Assembly: GCA_965649765.1 (NCBI GenBank)
Contig: OZ287755.1
Coordinates: 3,534,001-3,598,000, forward strand
DNA from: Bispira polyomma
Taxonomy: Eukaryota
Length of the DNA: 64,000 bases
Direction of reading: 5' to 3'
The notes beneath the pieces were generated by a model that did no database searches, had not been told where the DNA came from, and saw only the letters and a list, made by a program, of their open reading frames with translations. The position numbers were made by a program, and so were the translations under genes. The first letter of the stretch is position 1, and every line of letters begins with the position of its first letter. Below, piece after piece: positions 13,780 through 25,875 of this stretch.

Positions 13780-15330
13780 AAGTAGCAGGTTTACCGCATC
13801 TTTCTTTTCTGAAATAGCCATCCGGGATACAAATTTTTCCACCTTCAGAGGCTTTATAGGTGCGGAGGTAAAGTAGGCATCTCCGTAAAAAGTATCCTCT
13901 CCTGAGAAGTCTTCAACTACCAGTCCATTTTCTCATTTGAATCCATCACTTGCAAAATTTCAAGTGGTCTTCAGAAATTATGGTTTTCCTCCATCTATTG
14001 ACCCCCCTATATCTTTTCTAACAACCTTTACTCGAGAGTTTTTTTTAATTCCTTCAAACCCTCATCTTTCTCCAAATTCTAAGCATTTATCCTTGGAGAT
14101 TTTAACATCAAGGCTGACATTAAAAACAAAGCTACCATTTATTCAACAGTAAAGATCAGTGAAGTCTTGGTCACTGATAGGGTATCTGATCATCCTGCAA
14201 CCTTTGTCTACCCAAGTATGCTTTTACTTGATTCACAAAAACATGGTGTTATAAAATACCAAATTACTAGGAAAATTACACAAACAATTTCAGGGATGAC
14301 ATTCTTGCATCAAACCTCATTAAACAATCACACTCTATGGGTTTCTAAAACTCTTTCTCCCAAAACCCCCATCAAAAAGGCCAAATGTCTCAAAATTCAA
14401 CTTGAGCATCAATGACGTGGCACTAAATCTTCACTTGATAGAAAGTGGTATCGAATCAACACAAGCCATTTCAACATGTTGATAGCTAGGGCCAAAAGGA
14501 GCCCTATGACTCCAATATTAATAAAAACCAATACAATTTAAAAAATTGTGGGCTTCTATAAAGAAAATTCACCCTCGAACATCTGATAAAGTTTGTCCTG
14601 TCAATCACTGCCTTACATGTTTAGCAGGTGAATTTGGCAAATTTTTCATTGACTTCTTTTCTACTACTCTCCTTGGTATTAGTACTCTTCCTGCTGACAG
14701 TGCAAAGAACCTTGGATTTACTTTTGACTCTGACTTCTTCAAAAAACATGTCTCGAATATCTGTTGTTCCTGCTGCTGCAACATCCAAGACTTTCGTAGG
14801 ATTCGACAGCATTTAACCCAAGACAATGCCATCACAGTGGCAAATGCCCTGGTATCAAATTGACTAGATTACTGTAACTCACTACTATATGGAATTGGAC
14901 AGGGCCAAATAAACGAGCTACAAAAAATTCAAAATAACCTGTTTAGAATAGTAAGCCATGCTGGCAGTCGCACGTACACAACTCCCTTGTTTAAAAAATT
15001 ACATTGGCTACCTATTGAGTTTTGTATTAAATTTAGGGTAATTGTCCTCATTTTTAGGACAGTCCATGTAAATCAACCTGCCTACTTATCATCCATGCTG
15101 TATCTCAACAATCTCACCAGAGGCAATTGTCTCTCCACTTCTGTGTTCTCACCCAAAAAACTGGTTCAAAATCATTCTTAGTCGTAGCACCTGCTGAGTG
15201 GAATAGCCTCCCTACCAGTCTTCGGACTGAGACAAGCATCACAGGTTTCAGAAAAAAGCTCAAAACACATCTGTATCAGTTCGCTTTCCTACCCTAGCAT
15301 TCATCTCATGGTCACGACTGAAACTCTAGT
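13780..15330 (+). mobile_element. L2-clade LINE, heavily internally deleted
   Basis: APE-like pieces at the 5' end; AKNLGFTFDSD, IRQHLTQDNAITVANALVSN*LDYCNS, LHWLPIEFCIKF; 3' FRKKLKTHL. Confidence 0.8.
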
Positions 15331-15379
15331 CAGGAACCTTTTTCCGTCTATCAGACTATGCTCTTGCACACTTACTAGC

Positions 15380-16190
15380 ATATGCACCACAGAGGATGCC
15401 TGGTCATCGATTGTGGCGCTATAGAAGTAAATACATTAACATTGACAAAATAAGCACACTTTCTGTTTTTTCTTTTTGTGATGGTATTTGTCCAACATGT
15501 TATTGCGAAATAGATCCCATCCCAGCAATTATTATCAATCAATGCCTTGATTATACAGTCCCACCTATAACCAATGTACGAAACTTTTCTCTTTGTGATG
15601 GTATTTTCCCCAAATGATATAAAACTGCTAATGTTACTCCTTTGCAAAAATAACAAGGCTTGACGAGGACCAGCTCGAAAACCAGCTCAAAAACTACAGA
15701 CCAGTGTGAAATTTCAGCTTTATCTCTAAACTCATTGAGAAAGCTGTGACACAAAACATTTCTGATCACCTCAACACGCATAACATCGACAATCGTCACC
15801 AATCTCTATACAGAAAGTTTCACCCTACAGAAAGTGCCTTTTTTCTATTAGTAGTCATATTAACCTTGCCTTGGAGCACGACAAAAACGTGGTCCTCACC
15901 CCTAAACAACTCTCAGCGGTATTTTCTCCATACCAGTATTTTTCTACACCATCTCCTTTTTGTTTGAAGTAAACAAGTCCATTCAAAATTATCTATGCAG
16001 GGTAATTTTTTGCCTGGGCACTCGCAGCAATGCCACTCTATACCTCAAAAAACTACACTGGCAAATTCATGGCAACACATTCAAGGCTGTAGTAACTGAA
16101 CAGACGTCCCACCTCTCCTTTCTTCGTTCTTTTAGCAGTCTAAAGGGAGGAAATAGACTTTAGGTGTCTCCTTTCTCCAATCCATAAAAC
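15380..16190 (+). mobile_element. L2-clade LINE fragment
   Basis: CEIDPIP..IINQCLD, KNYRPV*N.SFISKLIEK, HQSLYRKFHPTESA and IQNYLCRVI..LKKLHW. Confidence 0.75.
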
Positions 16191-17479
16191 CATAATGTTC
16201 TTTTAAAGTATGGTTGATCTGATAACGGTCATATTATTATATTTTTACATTGTGAGAGATCTGATGCTGTTTGGAGTAATTTTTTGTTTACAAATTTTAT
16301 AATTTTGTACTTCTGTAGAAAAAGTTTAAAATATTAAACTTTTAACATAGCAGTATTATGTAATACGTAACATATTGTATATATAAAAATACAAATAATC
16401 AATAAAATATTCGCTGTGTAACCACAGACAAAAAACGCCATATCATATTTTAAAGTATGTGTTCAGTTTGTGAGCTATTACATGTCAGCTCTATATATCA
16501 CTTATTGTTCTTGCAAAGTGAGACGTGGGTGTAGAAATATATACTAAAATATGTACCATTTGCTGGTTAAGGTATTATACCAGATGTTTTGTATTAAATT
16601 TAGTTTGTGCCGGTCTGGGGCGATGAGCTAAAGATATAGACATATTCGCTTGCAGAGAGTCCTGCCTCCCAGAGCCTCCATTCAACCCTGAAACCCTACT
16701 GTGAACTTTATGGATTTATAGGCGGCCAAACTCTTCACATGGTCTCTGAGCTCCTGCTACCAAGAGCATGCTTTAATGTCTTAATCATTTAGTTCAAATT
16801 GAATAACCAACAAATACTACCGTAACCTTGTTTGGGGAGGTGGGTGCAGATATTTAATTGTACTATTTTAAAGCTGTTTGTGAAAAGAGCAGCCAACTGA
16901 CTTGTCCCTCCCCACCTATTATTGGTGACAACAACCTCCCTATCAACAAATAGCGTCAAGGTGTTGTTTCAGTGACTGACGAGTCATGCATTGTGTATGC
17001 AGTAACTCTGACAGTCCACAAAAGCATGATGTTCTCTTAAAGTGTGCTTCACCTGATATTGGTCATATTATTATTCTATTGATATAGTGAAAGATATGAT
17101 GTTGTTTGGACTCATTTTTATGATACATGTGTACCCCTTTCCTCCAATCTGGGGAACTGATCTAGTGACTACTGCCATCCAAAACATTAAACTCAGAGAT
17201 AGTCACTGCCATATGCTGCCCTTCCTAAACGCTGCTCTGGAATTGAACAAATTCATTTACAATATTGGTGTTATCCTGATTATTGTCACCAGCATCCACT
17301 AAAATTGCAACATGATTATAAACTACATTCTTAGGACTATTCACATTAATATTATCTTTAAACAAATGTTTAACATTATTTTTATCTTTTAATTAGTTGT
17401 CTCAGCCTTTTACCTTATGTTCTTCATTCATAATACAATTAATGTTTTTCACTAATCTGCCCTTATCAATACTTACTAA

Positions 17480-18260
17480 TGTTCGTCCAACTGGTTGTGA
17501 ATAGGTTCCTAGATGTTGCCTGCTTGTTTGCCTGGCTGCTTACTTACATTTTCTTTGAAGCATTTGAATTATGATACCAACAAAGATGTCGATATGTGCC
17601 ATGGTCCGTTTTGTGCGTACACTTGACGTTATTAAATATCTTACAAATGGATTTGTTATCAGATGAGCCACCAGTGGCCCCACCATTCGTGTTGTTGTTT
17701 TCCATTGCCATTTGATTCTAATGCAATTCAGTGCCTCTTGGGTGTTGTCCTGCCAGACCATCCTGCCCTCCTCAACCTTATGCATACCTATCATGATTAA
17801 CCCTTTTGTCTCTGTTGGACTACTGTACTATCTCGCATTGCGTGCAACAGGGAATTGGAAGGATTAACCGTTCCCTGTCTGTCCTCAACACCTTGGAGCA
17901 GTCTAGTTATATTCGCTATAGATTTCTCCAGGTTACGTAATAAGGTCAGCATCTAGGACATATTCTGGGATCCGTCCTGTGGCTGGGATACCACCTGGGG
18001 GTAATATTCAGCATGAGTGGGTGGTCTGCCTGTGTTAGATAGCAAACGAGGATCTAAAGGGAGAGACTTGGTGTTCACCCCGGCAGCGTTTGATAGTTCA
18101 ATTTGGTCATGAATACTTGTATTACCGGTGTACCGGTTCCCTTTTTCCTTACTTTGCTGGTAGAAGTGGTTTTTGTCGTCTTCTTTTTTGCACTAAACAC
18201 GGGTGTTGCTTTTGTCCATGCCATACTGCACAGGTCACTAGTACTTCACATATCACGTAT
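17480..18260 (-). mobile_element. Ngaro/DIRS-like gag remnant
   Basis: Minus frame SICKIFNNVKCTHKTDHGTYRHLC matches the gag zinc motif seen at ~46600, ~51470 and ~61800. Confidence 0.6.
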
Positions 18261-19287
18261 AATAACATCAAAACAAAAATTTAAACCAATTTAGTAAGTA
18301 TGTGATTAAAATTGCAATTTTCTTCCATGTCCTGTTCACAGGTGAAGATATAAATTCAATATAGACGATAGCTATGTTAGCTTAGGGGGTTACTAGTAGT
18401 TAGCTCTGTGATTGGACAAAGCTACAGATGGACAGGCATTTGGATAATGCTCTGGAACTCGCTAGGGGATTTAAGGTAGTGTATAAATAAAGTGGGTTGG
18501 ATTGAACTAGCAGTCCCTTCGTGGACTTGCTATGCAATGTAAAACAAAAACCTATTTTAAAGTACCAGGACCTCCAACACAAACAAGTCTTTTATTGAGG
18601 AGATTTACTAGATTCCACTACGATACTGACAATATCTACTTATGGTTTATTTTGAACCTGGTTGACTTTTGTACACGGATGCTCACTCCCAAAATATATT
18701 ATGAGCATAAATGTTAAAATTCAGTTATCACAGGTATGTGGGATTTTATTGTCCCCCTTAATTTGTTTTTATCTGTACTGGGACTCTTTTATTTTGGTTT
18801 ATTATATTATATTATATATTGAATTTCTTTGGGTTTTACGTCACTTTTAATAGCTTAGGCCATATCACAACAATCAGATTTACGTAATTGTGGTAGAAAC
18901 CAGTGCTGGTGTAGCATAAACCAGAGGCACAGGGTCCAAATTAGAAACCATATTTTAACATTCTAAACTAGAACAAATGACCACAGCAAAAAAGACAGCC
19001 AGTGATTGGTATTGAGAAACTATGGCAGGAATGCTTTGCCATAAATAAAGTTTTAGGCATATATTTCAAGCTTCTGAGGCTAGAAAATGTACATATAATA
19101 CAACAAACAATTACATGGTAGCTGTATTACCATTATAGTTTATATAATATAATAAACATATGTCAAAGTGAACCTTAGATTTGTGTATATTCGTATTCAG
19201 ATTTATAAACATAGATCTACCTTCAAATGATATTCACAGCACTGATTAACCCTTTCCTGACTGTAACAGTCAATTGTATCAGTTAGT

Positions 19288-19577
19288 ACCGCCATTTCCC
19301 TAACTAAAGTGAGAGGCTTCAGGATGACCATTGATCAACGTCCTCAAGGATCTATAGCACATGTCACTAGGGGTACGACCCAGTGATAGAGGGCCACCAT
19401 TTGATGTGGTCATCCAAACCACTAGGCAAACGTGTACACATTTTGCCCAACGAGGTTATCGCACCAAAAAAAACTAGTCCACATTACCAGAAATAGAACC
19501 TAAGACCTTCTAATCATCTGACCAACTCCCTAACCACTAGGCCACCAGGGATCCAGGTTTTTGACGTGACCTGATGT
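19288..19577 (-). mobile_element. tRNA-derived SINE with TSD
   Basis: Head ggtggcctagtggttaggg...aggttctatttc. Flanked by aattgtatcag(t/c)tagt at 19272-19287 and 19578-19593. Confidence 0.75.
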
Positions 19578-20098
19578 AATTGTATCAGCTAGTTTTTTAA
19601 AAAAAGCACATTGATTTACTTCAAAGACAATAAACAGGTTGCCTCCCTCAGCACACTAACCCCTCCACTTCACATTCGACAACAGGGAAGTCACCAAAAC
19701 AAGCTATCCTACAATTTTTTTTTTTTTTTTTTTAAAGGTTTCATTTCCTTTATTCACTATTTTTTCACAAACAATAATAGGTGAAACCTGGGAAGGCGAG
19801 AGTGGCAACCTTCCATCAGGTTTTTAACATACACAGTATGAGTAATATAAACAATACTTTCAACCATTACAAAGACTAATGTTACCTGAAAACTTTAAGT
19901 TACAAGATTTATATTACAGCACTACTTGATATAAACTATGTCCACCCTAACATTTCGTAAGTTCTTTTTACAATTGACAACAAAATCATACTAATGCAGG
20001 TGGTATACAATACATTCTGTGATACATTTCATATGTGATCTTCTAGTAGGGTTATGTGCTAGTATAGTTTGATATACTTCACCATAGAATAGTAGTTG

Positions 20099-23000
20099 TT
20101 ATTTTATATGATCTTTTGTACATACTAACTTATAATCCATATTGTTCCAGTTACATTTACACCAAGTGCTATAAATGGCATAGCTTATTATCACTATACA
20201 AAGAGCTTTATTCTCATTTACATAGTTATCATCAGATACTCCTAAAATTATGTGCTTTAACAATACATTTAATTTTAAACAATTACTAATAATCGACCAG
20301 ATCTGCTTTACTCTAGGACAATTATACAGCATATGGCAGATATTTTCGGATTGATAACAATATGCACGCAAGCCTGTAAAATTTCGGTTCCACTTACACA
20401 ATTTATCACCACAACTTAATTTGTGTAAGTATTTTGAATTTAAATTCTGAAAACTTTTTATATTTAAATGATTTAAAATTCATGAGGTATATTTTCTTCC
20501 ATCTATTTCTGTCTATTTTAATTTCGAACTTTCTCTTCCACATATTTTCTATATAGGGTTTTTCATATTTCTTTTTTATCAATATTTTATATATTTTATT
20601 TGATTTTAAAGAATGTAGGTGATTAAATTTACCATTAGCCCAGAAGCTAACATTTTTACACACTGTGTTTTGAATATATTTGCATTTTGAAGTGTCATAC
20701 TTTTTACATACTAATTTTACAAAGATATTTTTAAGTGTAAAAAATTCTGCTATCCAATTTGATTTATCTCCTAATTTTCTCTGAACTTGTGTCTCATTTA
20801 AAAGAGCACCGCTTTGGTTGAACAGGTCTTTAACATATATAAAACCACTTTCTACCCAGTTCTTGTGGTACAGATGTTTATTTTTAACTTTAAAGTATTC
20901 GTTTCCCAAATCGGTTGACAAAATATTTCAGTGTTATTTAAATTCTTTAATGGTTTTATTAATTTACAATTATTGAATGAAATAAAAATTTCTTGATAAA
21001 ATTTTGGAAGTTTTGTAATAGTTTCAAAAGCAGCAATTTTACGGAAATTCATTTGTAATAGTATATTAATGTCTATGCCAATTGATACAAGATACATTTG
21101 TAAAATCCTAAATACTTTACTTTTTGGATTGTTTAACAATTTTGGGATCCATGATATCTTCAGAGCTCTTGTTTTGGATTCAATATCAGTTACATTTAAA
21201 CCTCCATTTTCATGTTCTGCAATAACTATATACTTTTTGACTTTATGATGTTTTCCCCACTTTATATCACTTTGTCTAATTTCAATTGACAAGAATTCTA
21301 TAGCTAAAATAAATAGTAATGCTGATACTGCGCAGCCTTGTCTTACACTTCTCCTCATAAGTGTTTCCATAGAAATTCAGCCATTATTTTTTACACAAAA
21401 TTTTAATCCAACTGATGAAATTTTTGCCAAATCCAAATTTTTCCAGACAACAAAACATGAAATACCAGTTAAGTTTGTCAAAAGCTTTCTCAAAATCTAA
21501 GCAAATTATGGCTCCTGGTTTTTCCAAGGTCTCACAATATTCTATGACATCAGTAATTAATCTTGCGTTAAATCCAATATATCTGTTCTTTATATATCCA
21601 CTTTGGTCATGTGATATAAGTTTTGAAATAACTTTTTGAAGACGCTTAGCTAGGACAAATGTCAGAATTTTATAATCACAATTTGTTAAACTAATTGGTC
21701 GATAATTTTTAAGTAGACATCTGTCACCTTTTTTAAAAATCAAGCTTAAAATAGCTTTTTTTTTGTACTGTCAGGTAAAATTCCTTTGTGAAAACTTTCT
21801 TCTAACATTTTAATATATATTGGTTCTAATTTTGTCAAAAACATTTGGTAAAATTCATATGTTAAACCATCAGTTCCGGGTGATTTGTTTCTTTTTAAAC
21901 TCTTAACAGTTTGTCTTACTTCTTCTATTGTTAAAGACTTGTCACAAAAGTTTCTATCATTGTCATCAAGAGTTTTCGGAGGGGTAGATGCATTAATATA
22001 TTTTTTTACTGACTCCTGAGACACGTTTGATTCCGCATATAAATTATAATAATATTTTACCATTTCTTTCAGTACATCTCTATTATTTGTACACACCTTA
22101 TCAGTACTTTGAATTTTTCTTATAACATTATTGGATTGTTGCTGTTTTTCTAATCCCAAAAAATATTTTGATGGAAAATCCCCTTCTTTAATCCACTTAG
22201 TTTTTGCACGAATTGAATATCCCTTTGCTTTCTCATTATACAGATTTATCTGGTTACTTTCTAGTTGTCCCTTGCGTAACTTATAATCCAGCAATTGTTC
22301 AAATTCTTTTGGGTTTAGAGATGTTTTGGTTTCCAGTTTTGTGATGCCTATATTAATATCATCTATTTTTTGTTGAATTTCATCTAGCATGCCTGACTTT
22401 ATCTTGACTTTTTTTTACAGTATTTTAAAGAAAATTCTCTTACATTTGCTTTAACCCTTTCCCATATTAATTGACAAGAGTTTAAGTCACTATACTCAAC
22501 CATAGTGTCACTAATAACACTGTTTATTAATTGAACATATTCCTAATCAAATAATACACTGTTATTTAACTTCCAGTACCCTGATGCATTTATGTTGAAT
22601 ATAACTTTAAGGCCAGAGTGGTCTATGACCCCATGATTTTTAACTGGCCATGTAATTGCCATATTTTTAACATCATACTGTATGTTACTACTAACTAAAA
22701 TATAATCTAGTCTGCTGTAACACTTTGATTTCTTATCATAGTAAGTATACCCTGGTACGTCAGGCCTATAAAAGGACCAAATATCATTTAAATCACAGTG
22801 TGTGAGTAATTTTTTAAAACTTTCCACACTTTTATCATTTTTACATGAAGGTGGAAATCTATCTGATTGTTTTAAAGAGCAATTAAAGTCCCCAGCAATA
22901 ATCAAATTTTCTAAATTTTCTGCATATTGCAGTATCCACTGTTTTAGTTTATCAAAAAATAAAACTCCATCATTTTCATGATTTGGAGCATACACTGAAA

Positions 23001-23307
23001 CAACACTAAGAATGTTGTCATCAATTTCAATGTTTACCAGAAGAATTCTACCATCTTTATCTGTATAACTACTAATAATTTTTCCTTTGAAATTTTCTTT
23101 GATTAGAAGTCCAACTCCCCTACTATGAGTAGAGTCAGTTGGAGCTAAGACAACATTACCTTTCCACCCTGCTTTAATGTATGCTTCACTTTGTTGAGTA
23201 TAAAATGTTTCTTGTAAATATATTAAGTCAAAGTTTTGATTTACTAACCATAAAAGTATATTACACCTTTTTTCATTGTCATTTAGTCCTCGATAGTTAT
23301 AAGTCAA
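20099..23307 (-). pseudogene. Tx1/L1 ORF2: AP endonuclease, reverse transcriptase, C-terminal zinc finger (frameshifted; YADD region deleted)
   Basis: YNYRGL, LQET, VYAPN, AGDFN, SRLDY, DH; GYWKLN; KSPGTDGL; NYRPISLTNCDYKI; LDFEKAFD; VRQGC..SALLF; ENGGL; C..SENICHMLYNC. Confidence 0.93.
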
Positions 23308-24472
23308 TACTGCTTATTTTTTCCTGGCCAAGAGCTTTTTTTCACAGTGAAAATATCCGTTTTGTTCAGACCAGTTGACCAGAAGAGTTCATCAGCTTCA
23401 GCAAAAACATCATCTGTTTCAATCAGCACATCACAAAAGTCCTGACAGCATTTCGCTTTGGTACGAATAACTTCCTCCATCACCTTTTCTTTCCTTTCCG
23501 ACCAATTTGGATTGTATGGTAGACAGCTGGCCTCAACTTTCGCCTGGAAAGCTGACCTGGCTTGAAGAATCCGTTCTGCAACTTTATCCTTTCCAGCCTG
23601 TATAGCTTTGGCATATTGATACGCATGCTCAGCGGAATTGTGTGTCATCCTAAATATTTTAACCTCACATGGATAGAAGTTACTGAGAATGTCATTTCTA
23701 CCAGCAAACGGAGTGACATGTTTGTGTGGTTGTTTGGCTGTGCCAGGACAAGCCTTATCCCCCGGGAGTGGTTCCGACCTTTACACCCAATGCAACAGGC
23801 ATCACTAGTGCACTGTTTTCTGTAGTGTCCATCTTGGTGACAGTTTGTGCAATGCTTCTGTATATTGCTGGGTTGGTCTCTATGGAATATCCTAATAGAT
23901 GTATCCCCTATCCAGGTTTTCCTTGGAAGAGCTTCTTCAAATTTTTCAACATAAACAATTCTGTCTCCATCTAACCAATCAGTAAGTTCATTTTTCTCAT
24001 TTCTGGCTCTGGCATAATCAATTTTACTCCTCAGTTTTATACCCTGACTTATCAAATATTGTTCTGCACCAATGTTTCCTTTTGACAAGAGCAAATCTTT
24101 TACTACGATCTTAATAATGTTTTCATCAGTTTAACCTTCACCTAACCTTGTTCTCAGTGGGTTATTAGAGAATACATTAACACTTTGCTCCCTGATCTCC
24201 ACATGATTGGCTAGTAATTTAACCCTTGACTCCTTGTCCTTTAAATAGATTCTCCAAAGCATGCCAATTCTTTGTACACCAAGTAAACTTTCTTTTTTAA
24301 TTCTTTTACACACTGCCTCACAAAGTTCATATTCCTTCAGAGTTTTAAAGTCTGGTATGTCACCAGCTTTTACAAACACTGGCTCAATTTTTGGAAGTTC
24401 CATAATTGGTTTCCTTTGTTCAGAGTCAAATATGTCTTGACACAGTCCCAGTGTAAACAAATCAGTCGACAA
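23304..24472 (-). pseudogene. Tx1 ORF1: N-terminal region + two zinc knuckles + C-terminal NADAR (YbiA/DUF1768) domain; one nonsense codon (24131-33) and one 1-nt frameshift (~23765)
   Basis: The frame continues through the TAA into TDENIIKIVVKDL. Knuckles CTNCHQDGHYRKQC and CIGCKGRNH.PGDKAC. Then VTPFAGRNDILSNFYPC...SAEHAYQYAKA...W....KVM....K...LIET...AEADELFWSTG...PGKN. Confidence 0.88.
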
Positions 24473-24759
24473 CTGACACTAATTGGGGCATTTAACCATT
24501 AAGTGTCACTACTTAATATATTTCCCTCTTTATGTACAAGAATGTTCAAAACTTTTTATATTAATATTGTTATTATATCCATGAATAATCAGCAAAAATA
24601 TACATCCTTGAAATCAGTATATTTTTATCTACACAATGATATATTTTTTGCTACAACTAGTTTATTATATCTTCAAAGAAATCCACAAAAAAACAGAGCA
24701 CCACAAAAACATGTCTTCCCTTGTGTACTCCTATATATATAGCTATCCTACAAATGTGT

Positions 24760-24890
24760 AAAGTAAGACACTCGCCTACCACCTCTACACTCGTGGGTTC
24801 TATTTTAGTTCTTGCATAAATGTGGGAAAATTGATGGTAGACCCGCTGAAGGTCAGTGGTTTTCAGAGTGAAAAACTTAGAACAACTGGG
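24760..24890 (+). mobile_element. tRNA-derived SINE fragment
   Basis: gtaagacactcgcctaccac...gggttc...atgtgggaaaa...ggtcagtggttt. Shares the tgtgggaaa motif with the SINE at 33127. Confidence 0.5.
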
Positions 24891-25579
24891 TATTTTGTTT
24901 ACATAACAAGGATATATCTGAATGTATATGTGGTTTACTACTTGGAGGATATCAAGGACTTCATATCTTTGGGTTTATATCTCAATTTTTTTGTGCCAGG
25001 AACTTGAGCCACTGGTTGAACATCTTGGGTATGTACAAAACAAGGGAGTTTTCAATGCAGTTAAATCTAAGAATAAAACTAGAGCAAGTCACTTGTTATA
25101 CCCTGCAAAAATTGAATATAACAATTTTATATAATGTACGTTTCAAATCAGATCCTCCTTTTTCGTCATCAAAATCTTATTTTGTCAGAGAGAGAGAGTT
25201 TTTCAGACATGCAAATTATAAAGTAATTGTTTGTTTGTTGTTTTTTTGTCATTGTGAAGGTGCCAGTAACAGAATCAAGTAACCAAAAAGGTAGGATGTG
25301 TACAGGAAGGGGAATTTGATGAAATATGATACCCCATTGCACAATTATTTGTGATTGGTATATTGAGCAAAAAAATATGAATAGCAATAGGGTAGTAGTG
25401 GTTAGGTCACTTTCAATGCCACTTCGTTCCTTCAAGTGTAAAAGTTTGTCAGCTACATCCTGTAGGCAGGTGGTTTACATTGCTTCAGAACCGATTCTCC
25501 CCATTAAATATACTCTAAGCAGTTGAAAGCAACATGCACCGAACTACATAAAAAGATGATAATATATGTATTTAATTAA

Positions 25580-25875
25580 TGGCTTTTTGTCCGTTGCTGT
25601 CACTTTCCTCCCGCCATAATTGTTCATTGTATCAAAAGCAACAGTTTTCTGTTTTCTGGTAGAGGTTCTTGCAAACTTAGTATAATGTGTATATATGTCT
25701 CACTCAGAATAAGATACCTACCAGACATCAATTAAGCAACATTCACCAAACATTACCATCAATCTGGAATATATATGCCCCCACAGAGTCAGTAAATAAC
25801 AAACACATATTTTATCATCCCAACCAATCTTGCCGAACTAAATACTGTATAAGGTGCCTGACCACTGATTCTTTG
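25580..25875. repeat. Old interspersed repeat, diverged copy of ~32265-32520 (possibly a CR1-type LINE relic)
   Basis: Collinear blocks ttgctgtcactt, agagtcagta and aactaaatac...aaggtg...gattc occur in both locations. Confidence 0.55.

Larger units (their letters stand above)
19715..24740 (-). mobile_element. Tx1/L1-clade non-LTR retrotransposon with both ends present; internally deleted and inactive
   Basis: 13-bp TSD agctatcctacaa (19702-19714, 24741-24753), poly(A) at 19715-19733, AATAAA at 19749-19754, and ORF1 + ORF2 (APE-RT-CCHC). Confidence 0.95.

Noticed and set aside
16600-17330. Possible SGNH-hydrolase ORF or terminal repeat of the Ngaro gag remnant
   Set aside because: Only vague resemblance; no GDS/GxND/DxxH motifs could be recovered in frame.
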